Assembly: GCA_028023455.1 (NCBI GenBank)
Contig: JAQFVV010000004.1
Coordinates: forward strand, 18,104,001-18,168,000
Origin: Epiperipatus broadwayi
Lineage: Eukaryota > Animalia > Onychophora
Direction: 5' to 3'
DNA: 64,000 nt
Shown here one piece after another: positions 1 to 13,892 of the stretch. The notes under the pieces were generated by a model. The model was not told the DNA's origin. It worked only from the letters and a program-made list of their open reading frames with translations, and searched no databases. Position 1 is the stretch's first letter, and each line of letters begins with the position of its first letter. A program made the translations under genes and the position numbers.

Positions 1-689
1 AATTTAGGCAGATTATAGTAGATGTATCTATTATTCCATTATCATAAAAAAAAAGCCACACCACACCATCAGTCTGTTTATTTTCTGTTCCTTTAAATCA
101 GTATATTAGTGTCGATTCTACTGAGATTATTAAATGTTATATCAACTACTTCATCATTTCCATTAAAAAAACCACATTGATTAGAAAGAGTTTAATTCTT
201 TTCCTTTATTTATTACTGTATCATTTAGTTGTCGGCAGGGGGGGGGTATTATTTATACTTAGAACAAATTGTTATGAAAAACAATCAGTCACAGTAAAGT
301 CAATTTCACTTCTAGAAATATTTTCATGTCATCAACAAATTTAATGCAACAAATGTTCTCTTTTCAATCGAAGCAATGTTATTCTATTCTCTTTGTTGCT
401 ATTAAATTATATATGGAGCATTATTTATTTTTCAGATTCAAACTTTAAATATTTGCAAATAGTTACATGTATTTATTTATTAATAATTATGCGCTTTTAA
501 CGCTCGTTAAAGAAGTTATATTTATTAATGATTTAGCAATATTGCTTTTTACTAAATTGTCCACTATTAATTTTATTATAAAATATTAACTCGAAAAATC
601 TCAGACAAAATTATTTTCTATTCAAGCATAATATAGAAATACCGACCAACATAAATAAATACTTTAAAAAAAGTACGTTGATACTATCA

Positions 690-880
690 AAGAGGGTATT
701 AAAAACAATGGGTTTTAAGTTAAATAAAAAATTAATTGATTTAGTGTAAAAATTAAAAATCTTGAAAAAAATGGCCCGGATATATAACTAGAGAAAAAGA
801 TAATTAATAATACAGAAGATTCTCAAGTGGATAATTAAAATATTATAAATGTTCTAGAAAAATCAAGATTATATATACAC
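690..880 (+). mobile_element. Highly degraded RTE-clade LINE 3' fragment
   Basis: 769-804 reads K-W-P-G-Y-I-T-R-E-K-D-N, resembling the RTE C-terminal KWxWAGHIxRxxDxRW motif seen more intact at 46341-46652; many frameshifts. Confidence 0.45.
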
Positions 881-3800
881 ACGTACATAGGTTATAATAA
901 AAAGTTTTATGGTTAAAAGATAAAATTAAACAGACTTTGGAAATATTATAGAAGTCTATGGTAGGGATAATTTCTCATGGTGAGAATAAAATAGATCAGA
1001 TTGTTGCAAATTTTTTACAAAAAACTCTTATCCATAAACGTGAAAAAATTCTTCACAGAAATGACCAGGTGATATTTTGATGGAGTCTTAATCGACTTCC
1101 TTATGGTCAATCATAAATAAATGAAGCAATCTTGTTTATTATTTTTACTTGTTTTTAACTAATTAACTTAGGAAAATTAATGCTAGTGTATGTAAAAAGG
1201 ACTCAATAAAAGATCTTCATAATAACAGAAATAATAATGTAAATGAGACTACAAAACGTTGGCTCCATTTCTATAAATAATTTTCAAATATCAGTGAATC
1301 AGTATTTTTAATGACTTGTAACAACTGAATCCATTTTGTTGTCATTAGGAGCTTGTTTTAATATCTTGGTGGCAATAGTATGGAGAAAGCCGGTTGAGAC
1401 GTTGCGATCTCGGTTGAGCTGATATTTTGTTGCGATCTCGGTTGAGCTGATATTGCGAAAGAAATGTGACTATCCCTCACTTGACTTGCAATTCGCGATC
1501 CGTACAAGATTTTATATATTTCCACATAAGCTAAAATTATTTTATACTTTGATTAATAGATTAACATTCAATAAAATAATAAATAAATTTCTCAGGGTTA
1601 TTCAATAATATGTGTACTCTTAATCTTATCTATTTTATTAATCAAAATCTTTGCAAATATATTGTTTCTTACTTATTATAAAAAGTAATTAAGAGTAAGA
1701 CAATCTATGTTTTATAACTAAGACTAACAAATTTAAATACAAAGTTTCTCAATGATTTATCTCAGGGTTTTATAAAGTAAGAAAATAAATGCATGGATAT
1801 AACGTGTGTTTATGCATTTTAGGATAAGACAATGTAGAAGGAATTTTATCACTATAATCACTATAATGGTCAAATATTCAACATAATTTACTTGTCCACA
1901 ATGTTATCTCAAATACATAAATAAATAATCAATCAAACAAGATTAAAATAAACAACTATTAATAACTATATTTAAATATTTATCAAACCGGCTTTCATCT
2001 CCATTGAGACCTTCTCAGATATTTATTTCAATTAATTTTAAATTGGCCTGTTAATAAATAATTTATTGTTTATTAAATATTGTAGCAACTAAATCAACCT
2101 TTACTAAATAAAAATCTAAACGTGTAAGCTTTCTCACACATCACGCTAAATATAAATGTAAGAGCTGTTTATTATGCACATAAATAAAATTTAATCTAAA
2201 TATAATTGCTTTACCTCAAAATATTTTAGTGTGGCAATATTAAATTTATAATTCTATTCTTTATTTCTATATGAAATTAGTTGTTTTATGTATGTGAGCA
2301 GTTCTATCTGTTTATACTATTTGATATCTTTGTTCTTTAATAGGAATAATGACAAAATATATGTGACATATATATTTTACACAAGTGTCTATAATAAAAT
2401 CTGCATGAAAAACTATTCAGAATTCCTTTATAAAATTATATTTTCTCATAAACATTATATGAGAGACTATTAAACATGATATTAATTATATTATATGCTA
2501 TAAAACCAATGACAGTGATGAACATACTTGCTTAACTATAAAAATTAAAGCCAATAAAGTTTTTACAGGTTTTTTTAAATATAATAGCCAATTTATAGTC
2601 ATATTGTAAGGTTACAATATATATATAATTCAAATTTGCATATGTTTGTTTGTGTTCACCCACATAACAAAATGGTTTCTTTCTTCTTTATAACCTAAAG
2701 CTGAATCACTTTCGATGAATTTCACCAATAAATGTATGCAAATTTGAATTGCAAATTCAAATGAAGAGAAAAGTCAATATATATATATATGTGTGTGTGT
2801 GTGTGCAAGTTTATTTAGATAAATATGTAGAAATGTGGTAGGTGGGAAAGTAGATAGGTAACTAGAGATGTTGGTTAAATTGATGGCATGGGTAAATGAA
2901 ATAGATGAGTATGTATTTGGAAGTATGGATTAGTAGAAAACATAATAAACAGAGATAATTTATAAAAGAATTTATAACCATTTATATGACTATTCTAAAG
3001 ATCAAATACTGTAACTAGATTTTTTTTTACTAAAGAAAAAGTAAATATTTATTTCATTGAAGCAGATTCTTTTTTGAGAATAAAAATTACAAAATCAATA
3101 TAACATTCATCAATGAAAACTAACAAAAATCTATACATAGATAGATTCCCATTAATTCAAAAACCTAGATTCAAAATTAAGTTGAGATTTGGAAACCTTT
3201 TTGAAAGTCACAAAGCCATTCAAATATGATATTAGCAAAATATAAAATGTTAAACTATTAAACATAATGAATTTGCATAACTTAACTATAACTTACTGGT
3301 GAAATATTTTAAAAAAATATTTAGTAAAAAATAAAATGAAAAAGTCTCTAATTCATTGTGAATACCCGTATTGTTTTAAAAAAAAATGATGAAATATATT
3401 TAATTGTGTATTACTAAGTGCTAAGTTGAACCTTCTTTGTAAATTTTTCCAAAATCTGAAGTGCTATAAAAATGGACCCATTATAAAATTTGTTTTCCTG
3501 TTATGTGTTTAGCATTAAAATTTTTAACTTTTTGGTTTTATATTTCTTATAGAATTGATAATAAATGACATGCTGGTGTGATTTTTTAACAACTCAGCAT
3601 TTTCACAAAGAGAAAATATATTCTTTCTATATTCAATTAGATGTAATCTTGTATGAATCTATAAACTGTAACTATTTTGTAAAAATAAAAACTGCAAAAA
3701 TTTTGATTTTGTCTATATTACATGTAGGTGAAACATTTCATAAATGCTAGTTATAACAAAGGATGTCTTAATAGTGGCACTTTTAATTGCATTTCTGCAT

Positions 3801-6800
3801 CTTGATGAGGTGACATTTTGGTTGCTTCAGCTAAAATTCATTCTCTTGTGGCTATCTGTAGTATTAATTAGTTGGTTTTGCATTTATTTGTCAGCAGAAG
3901 CTGGAATGAACTATGTATTGTTCATCAATTTTTTAAAAAATCAGAAAATATCATTAAAAACAAAAACTTAGTTCTCAGGCTTCAAGAGGAGATTCTTAAA
4001 AATGTTACTTTTTTTATTTCATTTTGAAAAGAAAAATTGTATATTTTTCATAATTTACTTTTATATTTGTAATTATTTTTACAAATGCTTATTTTAATAC
4101 AAACGTATTTATGATAAATTCAGATTTTATTTCAAAATGTTTGATTTGGAAAAAAGACAAGTCAAGTGAATTGAAATAACAAAATAGCAAGTTATAATTG
4201 GCGGAAAAAAAACATCTCTATTAAAATCATTTACTTTTTTTGTGACGTTTTAATAATTATAAGTGAACTTTTAATTTCTAAGACAAAATTTCATTGCTTC
4301 ATGATATTTTAACATAATTCATTCAGATTTTACAAATAAAATTAAAACATTTTTTTACTGCAAAAGATCTTTATCAGCAATTATGAAAAAATAATAGCCA
4401 CTGTTTTGATTATGTATTTGAAAGTTTATTACCTTTTTTTCTCTATATTTGCAATGTTGAAGTATTATTTTAAAAAAATTTTTATGGTAAAATTTGTTTA
4501 TAATAAATAAATTAAAAATTATAGGAATTCAATATAGATTAAAAGTTGAATTGTTTTAATAAAATATTGCAAATATAATCCAAGCGGCTATTAGGGCTGT
4601 CAAAAACGAACATATATAAGTTGATAATGAAATGTGAATGGAAATGTTAAAACAATTTATGTTTTCATTGTTGAAAAAAAAAAGGACTATTAGAAATCTC
4701 TTGAACTTGTTTTATAAATTCAAAATTATTTAGTTAATTTAAAATATAACGACTTCTAACATCAATCAAATATTTGTGAAGTGCTAATTGTATGTGTGTT
4801 TGTTAATTAATTAAATTGTAATGATTTTTTTATCGTTAATTTATTAAAACATATAATCTATCTTAATATATCAGTTTTTGTCTTGCCCAAGCCAGTCTAG
4901 TCAAATATATAGCATGTAGAAAGGAATAAACTTTATTAAAGGAATCTGAGAGGTTGATATTATCTTTCTTAGATTAATCACAGGATGATGGATTTTATTT
5001 TATATTTCCAACTGATGAGATAATATCTGCATAAAATTGGAAATGCCATTAGTATATAGTATAAAACAAGCACATACAACTATAAAAATATTTGTTGTTT
5101 AATCATGATAACTTAGCTAGATGTATTTTCCTATTTGATTTTGCTTACATTTTTGAAATCACTATTCTTATTCGTACTTTGGATAACCATTCATCATCTA
5201 TACAACTAGCACCACCACTGTCAGTTAATCACAACTGCATCTATGTTATTCTTACAAATATATTCAATTATATTTAAAATAGTGAATCAAGATATAGCTA
5301 TTGAAATATTTAATTATCATGTGATCATCATCAGAGGTTAATCTTTTAGTTTTGATTTTTTACAAAAATGTATTGCACTTAGTTCTCAAATATTTCCTCA
5401 GTGGTGATTTTTTTCACAAATATTTATTCAGTTATATTTGGTGTAGCAATGTGTGGTCAGATATGTAGGGGACCCAGGAAATTAGTCTTCATTAAGTAAT
5501 CTATTCCTTTTATCTCTGCCTATTCTGTTACATTTGGTGATTCAACTCTGAACATGAGTATATTTTAATGTTTTGAAAACAAGCAAAAACACTTTATTTT
5601 CATATGATTAAAAAATTTGATAATTTTGTAATAGAAACTACTTATTCTGTAGAACAACATTGATAGAATGTGTATATATTCAAGTGATTTACTATATTTG
5701 TAAATGGTAGTGGATGAATATGTAGCAGTACTTAATTAAAAAAAATTAGAATAAAAAAAAATGCTACCGAGATAAATGAAATTTCAATAAAATAACCTAA
5801 GTCATGTGACAGAAAACAAATATATTTATAAGCAAAAAAATGAGTTAAAAATAAAAATCATTTGACATCATTCAAATAGAATTTATGAGTGCTAGCTTTT
5901 TGATTAACTAGAATATTTGAAAACACCAAAGTCATCCAGAGAGATAAAGAAACCAATGGAAAAATTCCAACTTTACGAGAAAGATAGATCAAATATTGCA
6001 AGATACTAATGAAATATATAAAATAAGAATTTTTGAGTTATTAAGTAACACACAAACAAACTTTCAAATTTATATATATAGTAGATAGATATTAAAGATA
6101 TGAGTGTCATAAAGCAATACCCAAATGACAAAATAGGCCAAGAGATAAAAATCTCTAATAATACTGAAATGGAAAACTCCAAAGTTTATCCATCCATTGA
6201 ACAGTGAAAATGCTCTAATAAATAAGGCAATAAAGTAATCTATAGGTGAGATAGTGTTAAATTTATCAGATGAAAAAAAATAAATCCATCTTAGATTAAT
6301 GAAGTGATAATATTACCAATTGCCAGATTGTGTTATGCAAGAATATCCATAACATTTTATCAATTGTTACGCCTTTAATGATGTGCAAAAAGAAAATACT
6401 AATATATAATATAATGGTGAAGTTAAAATAAATATAGAATACAAATATAAGACATAGAGGTAGTCACAAGTAATATAGATTGTGAAACAGTTAAAAATAA
6501 AAACAGAAGTTATCAGTAAGTCTGATAGATATAATAAAATATAAGATATATTTCAAGCAATCTTATAATTCCTACAAAGTCTGTAACTTCATTATAAAAA
6601 GAAAAAAATTAATGATATTACTAAGGAGTTATATAAAACCATGAATATATGTCATAGAATGAAGTACCATAAGCATTGTAAAGGATCATATAAAGGATCA
6701 TATAATATTCACGGCGTCTATTGTGTAATGAAAGAATATTGTGAAAGTAATGTATTTCAGATTCCTGAAGGTTTCTATATTGCCTTCAGCATTTGTTATA

Positions 6801-7763
6801 AAACATTGCACAAAATATAATATCAAGGCACATCTAATATGTAAAGTATATGTATCTTAGTTAAAACTACCACTTTGTTATTTGACCAAGAGAGATGAAA
6901 AGTGTGACAGTTTGATTCACGTGTACATATAGTTTTAAAAATAGCAACAAAAATTTTTTGTTTAAGATAAAATCAAAAAAATCATGATATTATACTTGTT
7001 TAGATTTAAAATTATGGATTTTTTATTTGTTTAAATACTTTAATTTTTTAAAATTGTCAAAACATGTTGGAATTTGTGATTCATCTCAATGTCAAAGTAA
7101 ACTTCCTATTTAGAAAGCTATCAAGATAATTAAATTTAATAACATTGTCAAGTTGATATCTATACAATCTAAAAATTACTGATCCCCTTCCCATCAATGG
7201 TGTATAAAGAACTTAGAGTGTTTTAAATGTTAATTATTAAACTCAAGTGTTTATATGTTATATTTAACATATCCAAGAACATTTTGTAGATTGGTATTTT
7301 GAATTGACCAAAGGATAGCTTAATCAAACAGATTTTGCTTTAAAATAGTTTTACTATTGATAAAAAACCAAAAATAAAGTTGGAATTAATATACAACTTT
7401 GTTTATCACTAGTTTTTATTTCAAAGGCTTCATATTTTCTACCTACAGTAATAACATCTCTCATTTTATCATGTAGAAACTGATTAATAGGAAAAAAAAC
7501 TTTGCTGGACAACAATTAATTTCAAACAGTGTCCCAGCACTGATCTATTAATTGAGTCAAATGTCTTAACCAAGTCAATAAGACCCAATAGATAAATTCC
7601 TTTTTTGTTTCTGACCTCTTTTTGGCATTAGCCTAACAGTAAAAATCATGTTTATAATGCTTCTTGTCTTTAGTAACTATTCATTTATAATTAGAAGCAG
7701 CTTATTCAAGAAAATCTTAAAAAGTATTGTAGTTATACAAAATAACAATAATATTTTTTTTTT

Positions 7764-7859
7764 CATGTGTCATAGCATCAGCCTAGAACTAAACCTGCTA
7801 ACCTGGGATACGTGCTTGTAAAGCAGCTGTCACTGATCTCTTAACCACCAATGCATGAC
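7764..7859 (-). mobile_element. tRNA-Gly-derived short SINE, copy S1 (anticodon position TAC)
   Basis: Minus strand GTCAT-GCATTGGTGG...GCTGC TTTACAA GCACG...GGCTGATGC-TATGACACATG plus A tail; flanked by a 17-bp direct repeat AAAATAACAATAATATT (7739-7755, 7860-7876). Confidence 0.85.
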
Positions 7860-8030
7860 AAAATAACAATAATATTTAATTATAATTATAGCAATTTTGT
7901 CTATCTTTTTTTAATTTTAAAACAATGAAAACATCTTTAAAATAATGCAGAGGAACTTCATGAGTCCACATATTCCTTAAAATTGTTAACATTTTTGAAA
8001 ATAATAATTGTTATATATGGACTTAAGTAA

Positions 8031-8897
8031 AAAATTACAATTGAGCTATATATGTCTTATTCAATTAAAAAAAAAGTGAACTGGGTGTATCAAAAAATGC
8101 ATCAAGTATGTTAGAGAGGTAGGATTGAGCTCAAATGAAAAGTGCAGTGACATAAGTATAACTAAATGGTAGAAATATATCATAGTGCAATGGGTGGTAT
8201 ACCCCTTCATAAAATATTAAATTGGGACAAAATCCACTCCCTGCATTACATGAGCGTGATATAGTGAAAGTTATCAAAACTATCAACATGGGCAAGGAAA
8301 TTCAGGTATTGATATCTTTATAAGATCACACACATATTATTAATTGAAAGTTAAAAAGTATATTCAGGCTAGAGATAATCTCTAGTTTAATGAATGAATA
8401 AAAGTTATTGATATATTTCTTTAAAGTGGTTATTTGTGAGTGCAGAAATTTGAACCTTGTCAATTAAACTATAGTAACTATTTATATACAAACAACAAAT
8501 GGTGGAAATGTATGTAAGAGATTGTGATCTAGGCCAACTGATGAGTGCTAGTTCAGCACAAAATGTGCATCTTGGGAATTATTTATCTTTTTCACATGTT
8601 TTAATCATATGTTTCAAGATATTGTGATAAGATAGACGTTTGAAGTATATATATATATGAAGTTATGTATATCTAAAAAAAAAACCAATATAAATATTTT
8701 TTTTTTAAAATTACATTTGAGCTATATATGTCTTATTTACTTGAGAAAAAAAAGAAATAAATTGAGTGTTCCAAAAAAATGCATCAAGTGTGTGGGAATT
8801 GGTCTGACTTCTGAGCTGATGGATGGCTGTGATAGGATTAAGCTAAAATGAAAGATGCACTAAGATAAGTATAATTAACTGTTGGAAATTTATATAT
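8031..8897. repeat. Diverged direct repeat pair (8031-8180 and 8707-8897), period ~676 bp
   Basis: Shared AAAATTACA.TTGAGCTATATATGTCTTATT...AAAAAATGCATCAAGT...TAGGATT.AGCT.AAATGAAA...ATAAGTATAA; second copy has an extra segment of a few tens of nt. Confidence 0.75.
8524..8576 (+). ncRNA. Type I hammerhead ribozyme motif, family B, probably inactive (G12A)
   Basis: CCAA CTGATGA GTGCT-AGTTC-AGCAC AAAA TGTGCAT C TTGG; helix I CCAA/TTGG, 5-bp helix II, GAAA changed to AAAA; homologous to 29229-29284. Confidence 0.75.
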
Positions 8898-9289
8898 ACA
8901 CACATATATATATATATAATACCATGAATATATATATATAACTAATTATTTATCTAGCATGATGTTCTTATTCAGGCTAGATAAATAAATAATTAGTTAT
9001 ATATAATATTACATCTAATACTGATATAATGATTGGAATTAAAAGTGATTGATTAAAAACTTCATGCTCTCATAAAAATGATTGATAAAGACTTTCATGT
9101 TCTTATTTCTAAATGCTTAAGATGAATCTATATATATACTTAGGTAAAAGAGAAGATGGATTCATTCTTATTTCTTCAAAGACTCTATCCTGTGTTTAGA
9201 AAGTGAAAGTATTCCTCAGCATTATAAATCTATACTAGGCATGAGTCGGGGATGATTCCCTTACACTAATATCATGAATATAATTATAA

Positions 9290-9570
9290 TAAAAATAATA
9301 ACGTACAACAATGATAATATATTTTATAAATAGCTATAATAAACCACAGTATTTTCAGTTAATTTCTTAACCTTCTTCAGCTGAAAGCCATTTAAATTTA
9401 GCAGAAGCAAACATCATTATTTTATATCACAAGATTTATGAATTTTAACATTTGCACATTGTGTATTAATCACAAGATATCCTATTTCTATTTATCAAAA
9501 TTAACTCTTTAATTTATCTTTTATTATGGTTTCTCTCTTCATGAAGAATCTTAGTATTTTAAAGATTGAA
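9290..9570 (-). mobile_element. Penelope-like element terminal-repeat (pLTR) fragment with minimal HHR motif at 9344-9383
   Basis: Homologous to 25487-25814 / 26232-26569 (CTTTTATTATGGTTTCTCTCTTCATGAAGAAT); minus strand CAG CTGAAGA A GGTTAA-GAAA-TTAACT GAAA ATAC TG TGG. Confidence 0.75.
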
Positions 9571-10057
9571 ATTGAAAGCAAACTCACATGTTTTTTCTTG
9601 ATCAAAAAAAAACAACAAACAGATGCCATTATTAAATAATTACAACTGGTGATGTTCCTTTAAACTTTTCTCAAGACTAAACCTCAATTCACATAGGTAT
9701 GAAACCTTGCATTTATATAAAATTATATACACTAATGCTTTTTTGTTTTATAAATATATTTTGAATTATTTACCAATCTATTAATGTTAGGAAGAACACA
9801 AAATAAAACATACAAATCACTATATTTATTTTAAAAAATTAACTTGAGTGTTTGAATCATATAGAATAGATATCCTTGTTTTATCACCAACTTTCTGCTC
9901 TTTTAAAGTTGTATAAATTTATTTTTAATTAAAACAAAGTATAATAAATTTGTATGTCTCTGGTTTATTATAGTTATTTATAAAATATATTATCACCATT
10001 ATACTTTATTATTTTTATTATAATTTTGTTACAATTATTATTCTATAATGGACATTT

Positions 10058-10060
<3 letters not shown>

Positions 10061-10127
<67 letters not shown>
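10061..10127. repeat. (TA)n microsatellite
   Basis: Uninterrupted TA run. Confidence 0.99.
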
Positions 10128-10130
<3 letters not shown>

Positions 10131-11327
10131 AACTAAACAAAATCGATTGCAGGTCAAATTACTTGCATTTGCACAGTTAAAAATAAAGTTTAATAAAAAC
10201 CTCACATTGATTGATAAATGTAAAATTATCATACATGTGTGTGCACACATGCTAGATATAGTATATACTAACTTAAGTACACTGATTTTTGAAATTAAAT
10301 TAAGAAATTAGTCTATTAATTTCATAATATTATTAAATATTTTTATAAAGGAAATATACTATATAAAATTGCCAACAATAAAATTATAACTCATATTATG
10401 TAAAAGAATAAAGAAAAATTAGTTTTAATGCACACAAATTAATTTGAATTGTGTAGTTTGAGAAAATATGTAATATTTTGTGAGCCTTTCTGATTTGAGC
10501 TCTGGATGAGGTTTTAAATAAATAATTTGTCCTTTCTTATAATGAATTGAATGACAAATCTAAATATATTATTGAAAATTATGGAGTAATAAAAATAAGA
10601 AAGTTATTGATTAATTTTTAAAAGTCAGTCATAATTTTATCTTTCTTCTTATTGCTAATGTAAATAAAGAAAAAACCCTTTATAAAATAATCACATAATA
10701 TAAAAATATGTAAAAGTATTTGTTTCACGACATATTGTGTAAGAAACATTTATTTTTATAATTAGTGAGTTGCTTTTGGATAAAACTGATAGTGTTGTTT
10801 TTGAATGTGTTAAATGTGAAAAACAAAAAACATATGAAGTATAAATAAGTCAGGAAAGAAAAATGATGACAGTCTACTCTGAGCCGTAAGTCAAAAAGCA
10901 GTGCAATGTGATTCCATGCAGATAGGAGAAACTACTGGTTAAAACATCCACAGAATAATTTGGATAGCTGTACTTGCTGATTGTTTTAAAGTATTTTTCA
11001 TTAATCCATCCATGATAGTAAATATGATAACATTATCTAGTAGATTATCTACTATGTGTGGCTAAAAAACAAATAAAAAACCACATCTGTTCAAATACTT
11101 GGAATTATGTAAATAGATTCAGAGATGAACATTGAAATTGCATAGAATGTGATATTGTCTGATTTAATAATAAAAAAATCATGCCATAAGGAAAGAAATA
11201 GGCTCTGCTGCAAGATTTACCAAGATCTACTATATACACTGCCTATCATCAACAATACCCAAAAAGAACAAACACCATCAAGCATAAATTACTAAAGACA
11301 TAGTAAAATTATTATATTTGAAAAAAA

Positions 11328-13719
11328 CAATGGTTTAAACCAGATGAACACTAGTGCTCCTTGAACTTAGAGGAAATATTGTGCCAAAATTTGAAAATCA
11401 GTGAAAAATTAAAATGGTTATTAAGATGGGGGAAAAAAGAAAAATGAAAAAGCAAAAGCCATTGTTTCATTTTCATGTGTGGGTGGAGTCTGTGTGCAAA
11501 CAGTTGAATGACAACAATCAAAGTGTACAGATATGAGTCTTGCTAAAGAAGGTTACTATTCTTTTTGTTTTTCTTCAAGTAAGTCCAACTTAGATTGTCA
11601 GTATCATAAAATGATTTGTTTTGTAATTGTAGGTCGAGGTTCATTTGCTACAAATTGGTCTTCTGGAAATTAAAACAGCTCTAATTACTCTCCAAAGAAT
11701 TAAAAATAATTATTTGAAATGCAAAATGGATGAATATCAAAAACGAAAAAATGAATCTGGTGTCAATAGTGCTAGTGCTAATGTAAGTACAAGCAATATC
11801 AATATGATACTCACAATAGGGAGAACAAAATAAAAAAGGACAGTAGACAATATCTCAATGATTATATAGATTTTGGGTTCACTTATACTGATGAAAATGA
11901 ATGTCAAATTCCTCTTTGCATCGTTTATGGGGGAAAGCTTTGTAATAGTGCAATGGTACCAGCAAAATTAAAAGGCATTTTACATCTAAACACACCAATC
12001 TCCAGTCCAAAAACAATAATTATTTTCAAAGATTGTTAATTAATCAAGGAAAAAAATTTAAAAGAATAGTAACAATATCTAATAACACTATTGCATCATA
12101 TAAAATTGCTTAAATAATTGCTAAAAATTTTACCAGCATGTTCTAAAATAGTTTCAAATTATGTTTGGTGATGATGCAAAAAAAAGAAATTATGAAAATT
12201 TCTTATTCGAATGACACTATAAAAAACAGAATTATACATATGTCAGATGATATTGAGAAAACAGTTAGTAATAAGCTTTCAGAACAATACTTTGTTTTAC
12301 AAATTGATGAGTCCACTGACATCATCAGTATAATCACACCTATGATTTATTTTCATTGATGAAAACAAAATGGTGAACCAATTTTTATGCTGCAGACAAC
12401 TTATCAAAGGCACAACAGGACAGGATATTTTTTATTCCATTTCGTCACATTTAGATAAATTTAACATAACATGGGACCAAGTGTAGGAATCTGTACCGGA
12501 TGATGCTACTTCAATTGTTGGTGCTATTAAAAGATTTATTACTTTTGCAAAGAAGAAAAATCCTAATATTCATATCTACACACTTTTTTACACCAAGAAT
12601 CACTTGTCTCAAAAACATTATCTACATTAAAATCTGTATTAGACCAAATTGTAACTATGGTAAGCTATATCAAATCGCTACTCTTACAAACATGCCAATT
12701 TAAAAAACATAGTGCATCTATGGAAGTTCAGCATGAATCTTTACTTTTACATATGGAGGTAAAGTGGTTATTACGAGGTAAAGTGCTGAACTGAATTTTG
12801 GAATTTAAGGATGAATTATCAATAATTTGTTCAAAACGAAGGGAACGATATTTTTAAAACTTTTCTTACAAATGATTTTTGGTGTATTAAAATGGCATAT
12901 TTAGCTGATATTTTCAATTATTTAAATAACGTGAATACTGGTATGCAAGGTAAAAATGAAAATATTCTAACATCCACTGACAAACTGTCAGCATTTTTTT
13001 AAAAAATATCAATTTGGAGAACGCCTAATTCAAAAAAGAACAGTAGACATGTTTCCTTCAGTCCAAAATAACAATATCGATGAAATAATTCTTATTATAA
13101 CACAATAGAAGAAAAAATGCGAAATACTTTCACCGCATTGAAGATAGAAAATTATGATTGGATACAAAATCTATTTTCTGCAGTCAATATATCAAGTTAT
13201 AAGTTTTCGTTACAAGAAGAGGATGAATTCATTATATTATCAAAGGATCTACTTTCAAAATGAAATTTTCGAAATAACAGTTGAAGAATTTTGTATTTCA
13301 GTTCAAACCGAGTTTAAAACTATTTCTGAAAAAGCGATTAAAATTTTATTACAATTTTCAACGTCGTATTTATGCAGCTTGGTTTTTCAACATTAACGAA
13401 TATTAAGACAAAGAAATGCGAAAGACTTGCAAATATAAAAGAAGAAATGAGAGTAGCTATTTCGTATAAACATTTGTAAAAGTCATCATGCCCAAATATT
13501 CCATTAAAAAAATTGTGACAATTTTTTTTTTTTTTTAATTTCATTTACTGATTGTAATTTGCTATTGACTGATAAGTAAACTGTTATGTATGTGATTTTT
13601 AATATATTATGTATATATTATGTATATATATATATATATACTGTTTTATTTTACAACTGTGTTCCTTAAAAATCTTGTAAAATTGTGTTCTATGATTCTG
13701 AAAAAGTTAAGAACAGCTT
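11328..13719 (+). mobile_element. Decayed hAT (Buster/Charlie-type, ZBED5/FAM200-like) DNA transposon
   Basis: Fragmented transposase: BED-finger region (YIDFGF...CQIPLCIV...SAMVPAKL), SNDTIKNRI...QIDESTD, KWLLRGKVL, AIKILLQFSTSYLC; subterminal GAACAC/GTGTTC motifs; TIRs degenerate, so ends are approximate. Confidence 0.9.
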
Positions 13720-13892
13720 ATTTAAACTTTTACAAATTTAAATTGGTAGGACCTTATCTTTATAATTATCATACTTAAGTTTAAATAATTATAATTTTTT
13801 CTTATTCTTCTTATTTTTAATATTTCGTATTATATTTATTATATTTTGTGATTGTAAATAAATTGTTAGTTTATTTTTATTATTATTATCAA

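Noticed and set aside
5880-6850. Possible very old LINE/PLE coding remnants (similarly 3600-3950, 38760-39290, 40300-40800, 60150-60700)
   Set aside because: Only isolated motif-like fragments; a profile-HMM search would be needed.
10038-10311. ORFs with YI/IY repeats (and likewise 28148-28360 and 61548-61868)
   Set aside because: They are translations of microsatellites or low-complexity tracts.
11888-11894. Other CTGATGA hits (also 20749, 51593, 62499)
   Set aside because: No helix II followed by GAAA and no flanking helix I; two of them lie in TE coding remnants.
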